A stretch of 64,000 nt of DNA from Lama guanicoe (taxonomy: Eukaryota). The stretch spans positions 3,919,101 through 3,983,100 of the forward strand of contig MU057202.1 in NCBI GenBank assembly GCA_013239625.1, read 5' to 3'. Within the stretch, counting starts at the first letter, position 1. Each line of letters begins with the position of its first letter. The notes below the pieces were generated by a model. It saw nothing but the letters and a program-made list of their open reading frames with translations, was not told where the DNA came from and ran no database searches. The translations under genes and the position numbers were made by a program. Below, in pieces: positions 49,001 through 62,357 of this stretch.

Positions 49001-50254
49001 GGAGGAAATTGAGGAGGACAGAATGACAACCGCCCTGCCAGGGGGCCAGAGTAGGGACCCTGGTCGGTCCTTTGCTTTGTTAGAGTTGGGAAAACCAGGG
49101 CGAGACTTTCAGGCCTCCCCTGCCCCTTGGGGTGGATGCTGGGCACTAGCACTGTGGTGTGCGGCCCCTGCCTGTCCCTGTCCCCCAGGCCCAGCGGGAC
49201 TGCGTGAACGCCAAGTACAAGCAGAGGAGGCAATTACAAGAACTCTGGGGTGGTCGTCCCGGCAGACCTGGAGGTGGGCCTCAGGGCAGCCTGCAGACCC
49301 TCCCCACCCGCCCACGGTGGGGGAGGGGGCTTCCGCCCAAACTGCTGAGAGTCAGTGCCCAGCGGGGCCGCAAGCCCTTCCCTGCAAGGCCCCCCATTGT
49401 CCGATGGACCCTCAAGGGCTCCCCTCCCGGAGGTCTGGTGGTCCCCAGAATGTGGAGGTGGGAGGGGTGGAGGGGGAAGATGTGCGTTCAGGCTGCCTGA
49501 GGGCCTGAGGGGAGGGGACGGAGGCTGCTGGGCTCCTGCCCCCATATCCCTGGGGGAGGGCAGGCCCCAGGAGCCCCGGAAGCCCTGGCCTCGGCCCCAC
49601 TGGCCGTCCTGGAAGTTCTTCAGGGTCTGCTCTTCGCTGGACTACATCATGGGTGGCTGTCAGATCCACTTCACGGTGAATCCACTGACCCCTCCACGCA
49701 GCCAGCTGGAGTACATCCCAGTGGGATGGGGGGGTCAGCACCTGGGCGCCGCCCCAGGCCTCCCGACGGCCCTCCCCACTCTGAACGTAACACAGGGCCC
49801 AGCTCAGCACCCTGGTGTGGACGTGCGCAGGGACGTGGGTACAGTGAGGCCCTTCTGCATGGCCTTCGTGCTCCAGGCCGGAGGAAAGTGACTTGCGGTG
49901 CTTCAAGGGGACCCCAGCTCAGGCTTGCTCCTCCCAGGTCCTGCACTGGGAGGGTGGTGGCTGAGAAGACCTGCCTGGTCCCGCCTCTGGGCCCCTCCCT
50001 GTGCCTCGCCCCCACTGGTCAGGCTATGGGCAGGGCCAGAACTCTGCGGGAGGTCCAGGGTGACCTCCCCGGCTCTCTGCGGGCCTACAGAGGTGCGCTG
50101 GCTTCCTCTGGGGAGCCAGGAGCCTTGGGGTTGGCACGTCAGCTAGGAGGTCTGTTCCCCTCTGGTCCTGCCCTGCACAGAGCCGGGCCCTGGGGCTCAC
50201 CACCAGCCTTCCTCGCAGCTGAGCCTCTTTCCAAGCCTCGGTTTCCCTCCCTGA

Positions 50255-50605
<351 letters not shown>

Positions 50606-51258
50606 TGAGGCTCCTTGTGGGTGAAGGGGGCCAAGGTCCTCTCCTGCCTGCCTGTGTGCTGGGCGGCTTCTTCGTGGCTTTGTACCTCAGTTCCCCCATG
50701 TAGTTTGGGGTGGGGCCTGGGGCCCCCAAAAGTGTCAGCCTGATCTCCTTGTTCTGTCAGTGTCTCCCCAGTGTGCCCCCCACCGACCAGGGTAATCAGA
50801 GACCCTGGGTGACGAGACCACCTCTCTTCCAGCGACAAGAGGCTCCCTGCTCTGGGGTTTGGAGCCCGGATCCCTCCCAAATATGGGGCGCTGTGTGGCG
50901 GGTGACAAGCAGGTGCAGGCACCGGCCCTCCCTCCACCAGAGGGCTGACCTGTGACATCCCAGCACTAGTGCTCTCATGACCGAAGACAGCCCTTTGGCC
51001 CTGTCGGGAGAACGGGGGACATTAGCCCAGAATCTTCCAGTTAGAAAGGACATTCAACTGGCTTAGACAGAAAACTTGGTGGTGGGGGGCACTTACTGGC
51101 TTCAGGTCTTGCGGGTTCCAGGGCTGGAGCGATGCCCAGCCCTGGTCTGTCTGTCCACCTCTGTCCTGTGACTCCCTCCACACATGGTGGCCCCAGGGGC
51201 TCCAAACCTACCTCTCCCACCAGGTAGGGGTGTGGGTTCCTGGGGGGGAGCCAGCTGA

Positions 51259-51591
<333 letters not shown>

Positions 51592-53795
51592 TGAGGGAGC
51601 AGGGCAGGAGTGGGGGCAGCTGTGGGGGGTGCATAGAGCTCACAGAGGCCACGGGGACAGCCTGTGCAAAGGCCCTGAGGCAGGGAGCGGCTGGACCGAG
51701 TGAGGAGGGGCGCTGGGGGCTGAGCTTGCGCAGGTGATTCTCACCCTGGAGGCTGACTTGCTGACGTCCACTCTGGTCACTGTCCTGTTGTGCACACGTT
51801 GTTACTGTGTTTGTTCGTGTTTAATCCGCGTGAATAACGCTGTGCTAAGCCCGGCTCCGCTTTGGTTGTCACGGTGCTTTGTGAGCCTGGCTGTGCTGCT
51901 GTTACTTTCTTCCAGCTTTCATCTTGAAAAAACGTCAAATTTATGGAAGAACAGCACACCCCTCCCCTGGACCCACCTGCACCCACTTCTCCCAGTTCCC
52001 CTCCCCCAGCTCCCTCCCCCACTCCTGACCCCCCAGCCCAGCCCAGCACTGAAGGTGCCCCCATCTTGTCTCACCCGACGCATCCACATTGTCCCAGGAC
52101 CTGCCCTGCCCGTGTCCAGGTCTCCCGATCTGGGCTCTTCCTCCCAGCCGTGCTCCGTCCAGACTCTGGTCGCCCCCCGTGGGGAGAGGGGCCTGGGCTG
52201 CAGCCTCTTGTCCTCCCAGCCCGTCCGCCCTCAGGCCCGGTGTCCCTCACACACCCGCAGCCCGGGTGCTGATCCGGGTGACGGTTTGGATGCGGCGCTT
52301 CATCTGTGGAACACACTCCTGCTTCATCAGTTGCCCCAGCAGTAATTCCATCGCAGTGTTACTCCTGGCTCAGGATCCAGTCTGGAGTCAGGGTCACATT
52401 CAGCAGTCGTGGTCCCGCATTATTCTAAAGCGAGTCCCAGACACATAATTTCATCGGCAAACATCAGTATAAACCTCTTCGAGAGAGAAAATAGAGCCCT
52501 CAGGCCATCTTCACAGCTAAAAGGTGACCGTTCCTGTCCATGCCCTGATGGCTTTTCCAGTTAGAACGAGGTTGAGATACGGCCTTGCCCCGACAGGGGG
52601 TGTGTCCTTCCAGCTGCGACCCTGCCTTGCCTCACGAGGTCCCTGGGCTGAAGAAGCCCACGTGTGTGTCCAGTAGGGCCCGCGACTGGAGTCTGCTGCC
52701 CTCACCCTCCAGGTGGCCTCCACGCTGTCCTCTGATCCCTGGGAGGGGCCAGACTCCAGGAGGTGCTCAAGGCTGCCTCTGCCTTGTCGGTGCTCAGATA
52801 TCCATCTTAGCGGAGCAGGGTTGATGCTGGCAGACAGTAGGGGAGCGTCCCGGGACCCACCCCCAATGCCTTCACCTGAAATTCCCTGCCACCATCTCTC
52901 TGCCCCGTGGTGAGGCCCCGCCCCATCTCACTGATGCACACGGCCTCCCAGGGCCCCGACTGTGATGCTTTCCAAGCTCAGGTGAAGCTTCCGTTCCAGG
53001 TGGTGATGGAGACACAGGGCTGTGAGCTCTAAATGGGCCCTGGCGCTACTCTCGGGGAGGCAGGCGTTGGGGGTTCCGCTGAGGAGGCACGTGGGGCAGT
53101 TCCAGTCCCGGTCAGGAGACTGTTCACCCCACCCTCGGCTCGGGGGCTCAGAGAGGGCAGGCTGCTGGGCTATCTGTGGGTTCCCTCCCTGGAGAGACGG
53201 TGCAGTGCTGGGTGCCCACTTGGCCGGGCTGGGCCAGCTGGTGGACAGCCCCCCTTCCAGGGCTGGAGGTGCAGAGTGAGCCCTTCTTCTCCTGTGTGTT
53301 TTCTCTCGCTCAGATGTTTAGTAATGACTACTGAGAGGTTTTGTCTTTTTAACCCTGGCAATTGACTTTTATTTGAAGCAAGTCCCAGTCTGTCTTCTTG
53401 GCAGATGCACTGGGCACCTGGCCAGGCTAGACCAGGGTGTGTCTTCGCCAAAGCCCATTCCTTGAATCTCAGTGGCTCTTCAGAGTGTGGGGGCCCCTTC
53501 CCACCCCAGGCCCCACCCCTCCTCCTCTGGCCTCAGACGTGGGTCAGCCTGGTTCCCTGGGCCTTGGGGTCCCGTCTGTAAGATGTGGGCTTTCCGGCAT
53601 CCTCGGGTAAGAGGCAGGGCGGAGGCAGGCAAACGTGTTCCCCGGTGGGGTGCTCCCAGATCAGTGTGGTCACGCAAATACTTAGTCTCCACAAAAAAGC
53701 TCCTGGAGCAGCTTGGAAACCGTGGGTTGAGGGACGTCTGTGGTCTCCCCTGGCCATCTCGGGGAGAAGAGCTGGTCGGTGGACTTGGGGTTTGA

Positions 53796-54188
<393 letters not shown>

Positions 54189-57100
54189 TGAGACCCTCAG
54201 GCTGACACCACAGAGGGCAGTGCACCCCCACATGCAGGCTCCCCAGTGGCTTCCAAACATCTGTGACACAGTGAGATATGCAGGGTGTGGGGCCCACTTA
54301 CAGCGTCCACGCGGGGCCTGGGCCCCGGGACCTGCCTTCCCTCCCTGCCTCCACCCGCTGCCCAGAGCAGGGTCACACCCACCCAGAGGGGCCCTGAGGG
54401 GCCTCCCGCAGTGCCAGCTGCGTCTGGCTGCCATAGCCACTGTGGTCCCATGTTGCCCGGCAGTGCCGAGAACAGGCCCATCTGGCCACCAGCTGAGTTC
54501 TTGTTTGTGGTCACGAGCTAGGGCAGGACCACTAGAGGCTGGAGACCGTAGTGTGAACCTGGCTCTAGGAGGGAGCAAGAGGTGTGAGCCATGGGGGTGG
54601 GGGAGACGGAAGACAGAGGATGGGGAGGCCCTGGCTGGAGACACACAGTGCACTCCCAACCCCGGCCCTGCAGGCACCCCCCTCAGCGCTGGCTAACCGT
54701 GTGCTAGCCGAGGTGCCCAGACAGGTGGTGGAGGATTACAGCCACGGGGATCTGCACCCAGGGACCGCAGCGCCTACGCTTGGGAGGCCAGCCTGGGCTC
54801 CACGCCCTGAGGGCGCCCGGGGCGCGGCCAGGACTGTGTTCCCAGGCTCCGTCTCCAGCATCCTTGACCCTGACTTCCTGGAGGCCCCCTGTCCCCCAGG
54901 CCAGGCCCACCTCATCTCCTGTGGCCCTGCTGCCTGGTGGGCCAACCTCCAGGCCCCAGTACTGAAAGCTGGGTAGCCCCCGCTGGCACACCTGCTCTGC
55001 CCCAGCCAGGCGGGTGGGAGGGGTCCTGGGGGCGCGGAAGGGGGATTGGGGGAGTCCTCCTTTGCATCTGGTCCTCATGGGGGTGGATCAGCAGGCAGCA
55101 CCCCCATCTCTGGGAAAACCTGGGCCCCCGACTCCTGTCCCTATAGCCAGATCCCTCCTTGTCTGAGCTGCCCCCCAGCTGCTCTCCCCGCCGTGTCTGT
55201 GGGCCTGCAGGGCTGGGGGCATTTGGGCAGAATACAGTGTCATCTGGTGCTTGCAGCAGTGCTGTGCCTTTACTGCCCCCCAGCCTCAGCAGAGGACTGC
55301 ACCAACGGCAGGGGCGGTGCCCGGGGCGGGGGAGTGTCTAGTCAGGCTGACCGCGTTCTTCCTGGACTGAGCCAAGGGCCCTCTCAGGAATGAAAGGGTG
55401 CGCTGGGGGTGTCGGTGCTTGACCCCAGGAAGGGCCAGAAGCAGCCTCCCGTGGCCGCCGCCCAGGATCTGCACGGGCAGGCCCAGATGCGGAGGGGCCG
55501 CTACACTTGGCGTCACTAGCACCCCCTGCATGCTGGGTGCTATGCGCTGTGTTGTGGGGGCGGGAGGGACCACCTACCAGACCCTCCTGGCCCTGTGTGA
55601 GTGATTTCCGATTGAGATTTTTCCTCAATTATCTTGTCTGGGAAAAACGAACTGCTCCGACCCTGAATCCAGGCCCACCCACCCATCGCTCCCTCCCTCC
55701 TTCTCTCCATCCATCCATCCCTGCGTCCACTCTGGGGGCCTATTTTTAGCTCCTGATTCATCTCCTGTTAAGCAGGGATAATGGGTATCGCCATGGTAAC
55801 CGGGCTACCACTGAATTCTGGAAGGGCTGATACTGGTCTCTTTAGGGATGGAGAGGACACCAGAGAGGCATCGTCTCTGTCCACATCCAGGAGGTGGCAG
55901 GGCCATGGGGTGGGGGGTGGGGTGGGTCCAGTGGGGGGTGGGGTGGGGCCCGGGCGGGGAGGGCGAGTGTCACCAGCGACCCAGCCACCGAGACAGGTGT
56001 GGCTGCACCACCTTGGACGGTTTCTGGGTGCCTGCAGGGGTGAGCTCCGCAGTAAAGACACAGTGACTGTGACCAAGGCAGCCGACTCTGCCTAGAGGCA
56101 GTAATGTAGCAAAGCGATTACCGCCCCAGGGGTGGTTCAGGTGGACACTAACTGCTTCTGCCCACCCACCTCCTTTGTGGCACAGCCATACTTCCTTAGG
56201 GGCCCCATCACTCAGTCCATGTATTTCGTGGGTCTGGACCACTGTCCAGAGCCCAGGGTGTACACGTGACCCAGACCTGGCCAATTAGTGAGCGTGCTGT
56301 CCCCTGGCCACAGTGATGGGCTCAGGTGGACAGTCACCCCGACCAGCCAGTGAGACTTGGTCCTGGCACTTTTCCTGGGGTTGCTAAGCTGGTGGGATGG
56401 GAGCCAGGAGAGCTGGTCACCTCTGCCACCACATGGGCAGGGCCCACCTGAGGAAGAAGGGGTGCAGAGGAAGTGGACAGAGAAATGGTGCTGGGGTGAC
56501 GTGGATCCAGCTCCTCAGCCAAACGTCCTGTTAAGGGAGCCATAAACCCCCTGTCTGCTCAGGCCAACTGGGGGAGGGGAGTCCTGTCTCTTGTCACCCA
56601 CAGTCTGGACCAGAAGGACGGCCAATGCTCCTACTCCACAGAGAAGTAAAGCAGGGCTCCGAACAGTTCAGGGGCTTGCCCAGGGTCACACAGCTGGCCA
56701 GTGGCAGAAGCAGGGCCTGCCAGCCCCGTGTAATTCCTGGATATACACCTTTCAGTGCACGGGCCTCCATCAAGGGCTCTGGAACCCCAGGAAGTGAACC
56801 CCAGGACCAGGTGGTCAAAAACGCTGGCAGCTGGCGTGGCACCTGGCATGGCACCTGCAGATGAGACCGATGGTTCCCAGCTCCTCAGCGCTGCCCCTCC
56901 TGGAGTGGGAGCCTCATTCGCTCAGAACAGCAGCACACATGGGGTTCTCAGCCAGCAGACCTAGAAAGTGTGCCGTGGCCAGGGAACTCTGCGGGAGCTC
57001 CTAGGGCTGACGCGCTCCTCTGAAGTCGCCCCCAGCACACTACTCAGAGCACCCCCTGTTCGGAAGCTGGGTTTGGAATTTGCAAAAGCCTGCGGTGGTC

Positions 57101-57339
57101 AGTGGCTCAAGCACTAGGCCAGAGTCAGGCTGGGTACGTGGCCTCAGCTCTCAATGGAAAACCCTCCTCAGCCTCTGCTGTCACAGGGTGCGTGGTGGCT
57201 TTAAATACTGGCCCTAAAAGGCTAGGCTGCCCCTCCCCTCGAGAGGCGGGCTGGAAGCTGCTGCTCCTTGAATCCAAGGCCAGGCCGTGGTCTCTGGGCC
57301 CAGCAGACCGGCTGTCTGTAGAGGGGCTCTCCAGCCCCA

Positions 57340-57495
57340 TGACGCCTTCCTGCACTTTCAGAGAGACCTGGCTAGGGCCACCACAATCCTTGCTGTTTCC
57401 CTGAGCCCAGAAAGGCTGTGAGTTCATCCTTGTTTTTTGCTGCTCTAAGCCGCTGAGTTTTGGTGTGATTTCTCTGCAGCAGCAGGTGACTGACA
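57340..57495 (+). mobile_element. MaLR LTR 3' fragment
   Basis: CCTGAGCCCAGAAAGGCTGTGAG...GCTGCTCTAAGCCGCTGAGTTTTGGTGTGATTT. Confidence 0.6.
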
Positions 57496-57844
57496 GCCTC
57501 TCGTAAGGACTGGACGGGGCATCCACAGGGCCTGGCTTGAAACACCTGTTTGGCAAAGAAATACTAGCTTCCCAAGGGAGCCAGGCGGCCTCCCTCCACC
57601 TGAGTGACGGTTGTTCCAAAGCTCCGCCCCTGACTGTGAAGTGCCCCCTGAGGCTGGCCGGCAGCCTCGCTCTGTGGGGACCCAGGGTCGGGGCCAGGGC
57701 CCCCACCCCCAGCCTCCTGGGTGTCAGCCGTGGGCTGAGGGAGCAGAACCCGCAGCTCGGCCCCCAGGCGTCCTTTCCTCTGCTGCGGAGAGCAAGCAGC
57801 GGAAGGAAACTTCTTCCTCACAGAAGCATTCTGTGTTCTTTGAT

Positions 57845-57964
57845 GTTTTTGAGGGGAAGGTAATTAGGTTCATTTATTTATTTAAATGGAGGCCCTGGGG
57901 ATTGAACCCAGAGGACCCTGTGCATGCCAAGCATGTGCTCTACCACCGAGCTCTGCCCTCCCTC
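57845..57964 (-). mobile_element. tRNA-derived SINE
   Basis: GGTAATTAGGTT...GGGGATTGAACCCAG...GCTCTACCACCGAGCT. Confidence 0.88.
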
Positions 57965-60589
57965 AATTTGTATTTGTAGAAAAATTAGAAAATGTAAATA
58001 AGCAAAAACAATGAAAACCCACCAGCATGTCCACGAGTGAGCACTTTGCCACACTCCCCTCCAGAGTTCTGCGTGACACTCACACACCTGCTTTGTGAGG
58101 GAGGAAACCGTCCTTGGGGCGAGGGTGCACGATGGGGATTTTTGCCCACGTGCTTCACGCCCACTGGGGCCCTCGACTCTCTCAACTGCGCGAGGAAGCA
58201 CCGTGACCCTGTGTGCAGGTGGCTCCACAGCCTGCCCAGGACGCTGTGTTGGAGGCAAAAGGGGCCTTGGCTGAGCCTGGGGGAGCTCCCCAACAAGACG
58301 GGGGGAGTGGGCAGCCCCGCGGCAGCGGTGAGAGGGGCACCACAGAGGCACCCTGCCGGCCCCCACTCCTCACGGCCTCGGGGCACCGTGTGGTCACTCC
58401 ACATCAGGGACTTCTCTGTCAGCCTCCCTTTGATGGCTTGGAAGTGCCCTCCCACGTAAGCTCTGTCTCCAGTCACATGATGCCTCCTCCAGCCCTTTCA
58501 GTGGCTCTGAGTCCATGTGTCATGAGCCACCAGTTCTAGCGAGCCCAGCTGTCTTCTGCTTCCACCTGGCCCTGCGGCCTGCCGCCCGGCGACTCACAAT
58601 GGGCCCCGCTTTGGGGCGCTGTGGGAAGTCCAGCGCCACAGACAGGCCCTGGGAGGTCCCTGCTCAGCGGCACAGCAGCCACAGCGGCCTGTGTCCCCAG
58701 CCCACACCTGCCTTGGGAAGCTGTCAAAATGCAAGCGGATTCTCACTGGGCTCCAGCCACCTTCCTTCCCCTGGCAGCGGGGGAGAGGTCAGCTGTGACA
58801 GGCGGAGACGGTGGGGCCGCCTCTGCAGGAAGGGGCCGGGATGGGAGTGCGGTAAAGCTGTTGCTGCTCCCAGGAAGACCAGAGCACCACTCGGCCCACA
58901 GCATGGTCTGGTGGACAGGTAGGGGGCTGGGAGCAGACCCCCTGCCTGTCCCTGGCTCCCCAAGGCTGAGGCTGGGGCAGGTCCCAGGCCGTGGCTGCAC
59001 CCTGGGCCTCGTCTGAGCCTCCCTCGTGGCCCAAGCTCTGACCACGTGGCTCCAGCTACTGGACACAGAACTGGAGCGACTGGTGGAGGCTCCGGGGATA
59101 AGGGCGCCTGCTCCCGGCCAGCGCAGCCGACTGCGTTCAGCTTCACGGCGGATGGGCACTGAGCGCCGGGCATGGTGTCGAAACATCGACAGGAGGGAAG
59201 CCATGCAGCCGGGCAGGAGGCGGACAGCAGGGGCAGTGCCAGTGCACAGTGTCCTCGCCTCCGTCAATTTGGTGGCCTCCCAGGGAGGGGGAGCACTGAC
59301 ACCCCATTTTGTTTTAACTGGGAGGAAGCAGGTGTTAGGCTGGACCCTCTGTATGGTTGCCCAGTCTCAGGGTCTCCGTTGTGAGGTGATAAGCCTGCCT
59401 GGCCTCAGGTTCATTTTCAGAAAATGTGCAGCTACTGTGCATGACTCAGCTCTCCTCTGAAGCCCAGCCTCCGCACCAGCTGGGGCACCAGAGTCTCCTG
59501 GGGAGGCAGAGAACATTGGGGGCCTGGGGCCATGACCAGGTGCCACCAGAGGAATGTGAGTCAGGCATGGGGTGCTTGCACCACAGCCTGACCTCATCCA
59601 GGGTCCGTGAAGTGCACCTGGGACCCCAATTATGGGCCTCTCGGAACCTCAGCTTGGAACCTGGACACTCGGCCCTGGGTCCACACCTGGGGAACAAATA
59701 TACACATGCAGCCACTCAGACAGTTGTCAACAGGGGAACAGACCAGTGTATCGTGGAAAATCACACAACGGCCCGAGAGGGAAATTAGGCCAAAGGACTC
59801 CTGAGACCCTCAGCAAGATCAGGAGGAGGGGCAGACAGGAGGGGATCTACATGGTGAGGTTCCGTTCATGTGACATTCGAGGACGGGGCAGGAGGGGTGG
59901 GGGCATCTGTCTGTCCTGGGTGGTGGAGGCGGGTGAACAGATGTCCGTGCACGTTCACTTATGTATCACAAGCCACAGCCTGGCTCTGGCCTCTGGCCCA
60001 CCCCTACCAGATCCTCTCCCCCGAGCCTTGGCGTCTAGTCCTTCCGACCCCTCAGCTGGACAGCAGAGCCAGACGGGAATCAGCACCTGATGGATGGTGG
60101 CCGTGCCCCTAGGCAGCCTCTCTACTCCCAGGCCCTCCTGCCTGGTGCTTTGTGGAGGCTCCTGAATGTCTGGGGCCCTGAGTAGGGGCAGCTGGTCAGC
60201 AGCAGGCTCAGGTGGTCCCAGCGAGGAGCCCACCTCCTACCTGACCCTGGTGTCGCCCCAGACCAGGTCCATGGCAGCTCCTGCCTCTTGTGGTTGGGGT
60301 TTGAGGCCTGGGCAGTGCCCACCTGTGGTGCTGTACCCCCCACCCCACCACTGCCGTATGCCAACCTTGGTTTTTCTCAATTATGGGCCTCTCGGAACCT
60401 CAGCTCTTCGTTCCGGAAGAGGCAGAGCGTGCGGCTTCATGCTCTGTATTCAGAAAGCCCCGGGTTGCTACCAGCTTCTTCGTCCTGGTCTCCTGTCACT
60501 GACACTCCCGTCTGCCTCTGGGGAGGAGGCCAGCGAGTGCCGCCCCCGCCACTAGGGGTCGAGTTGTGTTCCAGTTCTGGCCCTGGCCC

Positions 60590-60870
60590 CTGGGAGCGGG
60601 GCCTTACCTGGAAATAGGGTCTGTGCAGATGTGGCCAAAATCAGCTGAGGCCATGAGGATGGGCCCCAAATCTGAGGTCTGCGGTCCTTGTAAGAGGAGG
60701 AAAGAGCCAGTGACCAGATCGTGCAGCCCCAGCTGAGAATCACGGAGGTGACCCTCCCCCAGCCTCCAGTGGGAGCACCGCCCGGGCGGCACCTTAACTT
60801 TGGACTGTAAGAGGGCAAACTTCTGTTGTTTCAAGCCCCCGTCTGTGGCCCTTTGCACGGCAGCTCCGAA
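60590..60870 (+). mobile_element. MaLR LTR fragment (MLT1-like)
   Basis: GGAAATAGGGTCTGTGCAGATGT...AACTTCTGTTGTTTCAAGCCCCCGTCTGTGG. Confidence 0.7.
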
Positions 60871-61186
60871 GAGGTGGCAAGGCTGCGAACGGAGAAGCCA
60901 CCCTGGGATTTGGTGTGTCACAGGCATTGAGGACCATCTGCTTTCTGTTTTATTTTTCAGATTTCTTAAGTATTTCATTGTTTTCAGCGGAAGGAGTCCA
61001 TAAAGTATTTTCTCAACCCGGACATGCAGAGCTGTCATGTGGATTAGTTCCGTCCAGCTCTCCCCAACCCCTGCGGGTCCTGGGAGGCAGCCACCTCCCA
61101 GGATCCAGGGCGGGACTCGGGAGCTCCATACACGCCCCCACCCCCCTCAACGCGGCACCAAATGAGACGTGACATGACTCCGGCTT

Positions 61187-61200
61187 CCACTAGAGGGCGC
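61187..61200 (+). promoter_or_regulatory. CTCF consensus motif
   Basis: CCACTAGAGGGCGC matches the CTCF core CCASYAGRKGGCRS exactly. Confidence 0.7.
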
Positions 61201-61294
61201 CCCAACAAGGCTCAGAGTTTGGTTCAGCGCTGACGGCGAGCCGGCCAGCGTGCCGGCGTCTTCCCCAGTGTTGCTGATGGGTCACGTTGTGTCA

Positions 61295-62245
61295 GGTTAG
61301 AGTGAGCGATGTGATACACTTACACACTGGGAGACGGTTACCACACTTCACATCTACTCCCAGCCACTTCCAGCTCTGCACACGGCGTTGTTAGCTGTGG
61401 TCCCCGAGCTGTGCGTTAGATTGCAGAACTTACAGCTGGAGATCGGTAGCACCGGCCCGGCATCTCCCCACGTCCCCTCCCCCAGCCCCTGGCAACCACA
61501 CTGCACTGCCTGCTTCTGTGAGTTTGGCTTCACAGATGCCACATATAATTGAGATCGCACAGTGAGGACTGAGAGTCTTTTCCCGTCTGGCTTGCTTCAC
61601 TCAGCATAACGCCCTCTCAGCTCACCCTTGGTCTCACAAGGGACCGGATGTCCTTCTTTTTTATGGCCGAGTGCTGTTTCTCTGTGGGCGTGTGGCGCCC
61701 GCTTTGCCCACCGTCGGTGGGCGCCGAGGCTGCTTCCACGGCTTGGCTGCTGCGAGCACTGCATGCAGGTGCTTCTCCGAGAGTGGTTCATTTCCTTTGG
61801 ATAAAAACCCAGAAGAGGGGTTGCTGGGTCATATGGCAGCTGCTTTTAATTTCCTGAGCCTCCGTACTGTTTTCCATAATGACTGCGTCAGCTTCCTTCT
61901 TGTCCTTTTGATGACAGTCATTCTGACAGGTGTGAGGTGGTAGCTCATTGTGGTTTTGACTTGCATCTCCCTGATGGTTAGTGATACTGAGCATGTTTCT
62001 GTGTACCTGTTGGCCATCTGTGTGTCTTCTTTGGGAAATGTCTAGTCAGGTTCTCTGCCCACTTTTTAATCCGGTTACTTGGGTTTTTTGCTATTGAATT
62101 GTATGAGTTTCTCATATATTTTGGATATTAACCCCTTATCAGATAGATGATTTGCAAATATTTCCCCCATCCTGTTCGTTTCTTTTCCACTTTGCGGACC
62201 GTTTCTTTTGCTGTGCAGAGCTCTTTAGCTAGGTGTGTTCCCACT
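61295..62245 (-). mobile_element. LINE-1 fragment (3'UTR and ORF2 end, L1MA/MB-like)
   Basis: CCCAGCCCCTGGCAACCAC, TTGCTGGGTCATATGG, CTGACAGGTGTGAGGTGGTAGCTCATTGTGGTTTTGA, TATTAACCCCTTATCAGAT; minus-strand ORF fragments resemble the ORF2 C-terminus ([19 protein letters not shown]). Confidence 0.9.
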
Positions 62246-62249
62246 CATT

Positions 62250-62357
62250 CATGCCTGGCAGGCGTGAGGGCCTGGGCTCCATCTCTAGTACTCCATTAAA
62301 AAGTAAACAAATAGATCCAACTACCTACCCCACAACAAAATTAAAAAAACAAAAACC
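62250..62357 (+). mobile_element. tRNA-derived SINE, 5'-truncated and degenerate
   Basis: CCTGGGCTCCATCTCTAGTACTCC...CAACTACCTACCCCAC followed by an A-rich tail. Confidence 0.6.
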
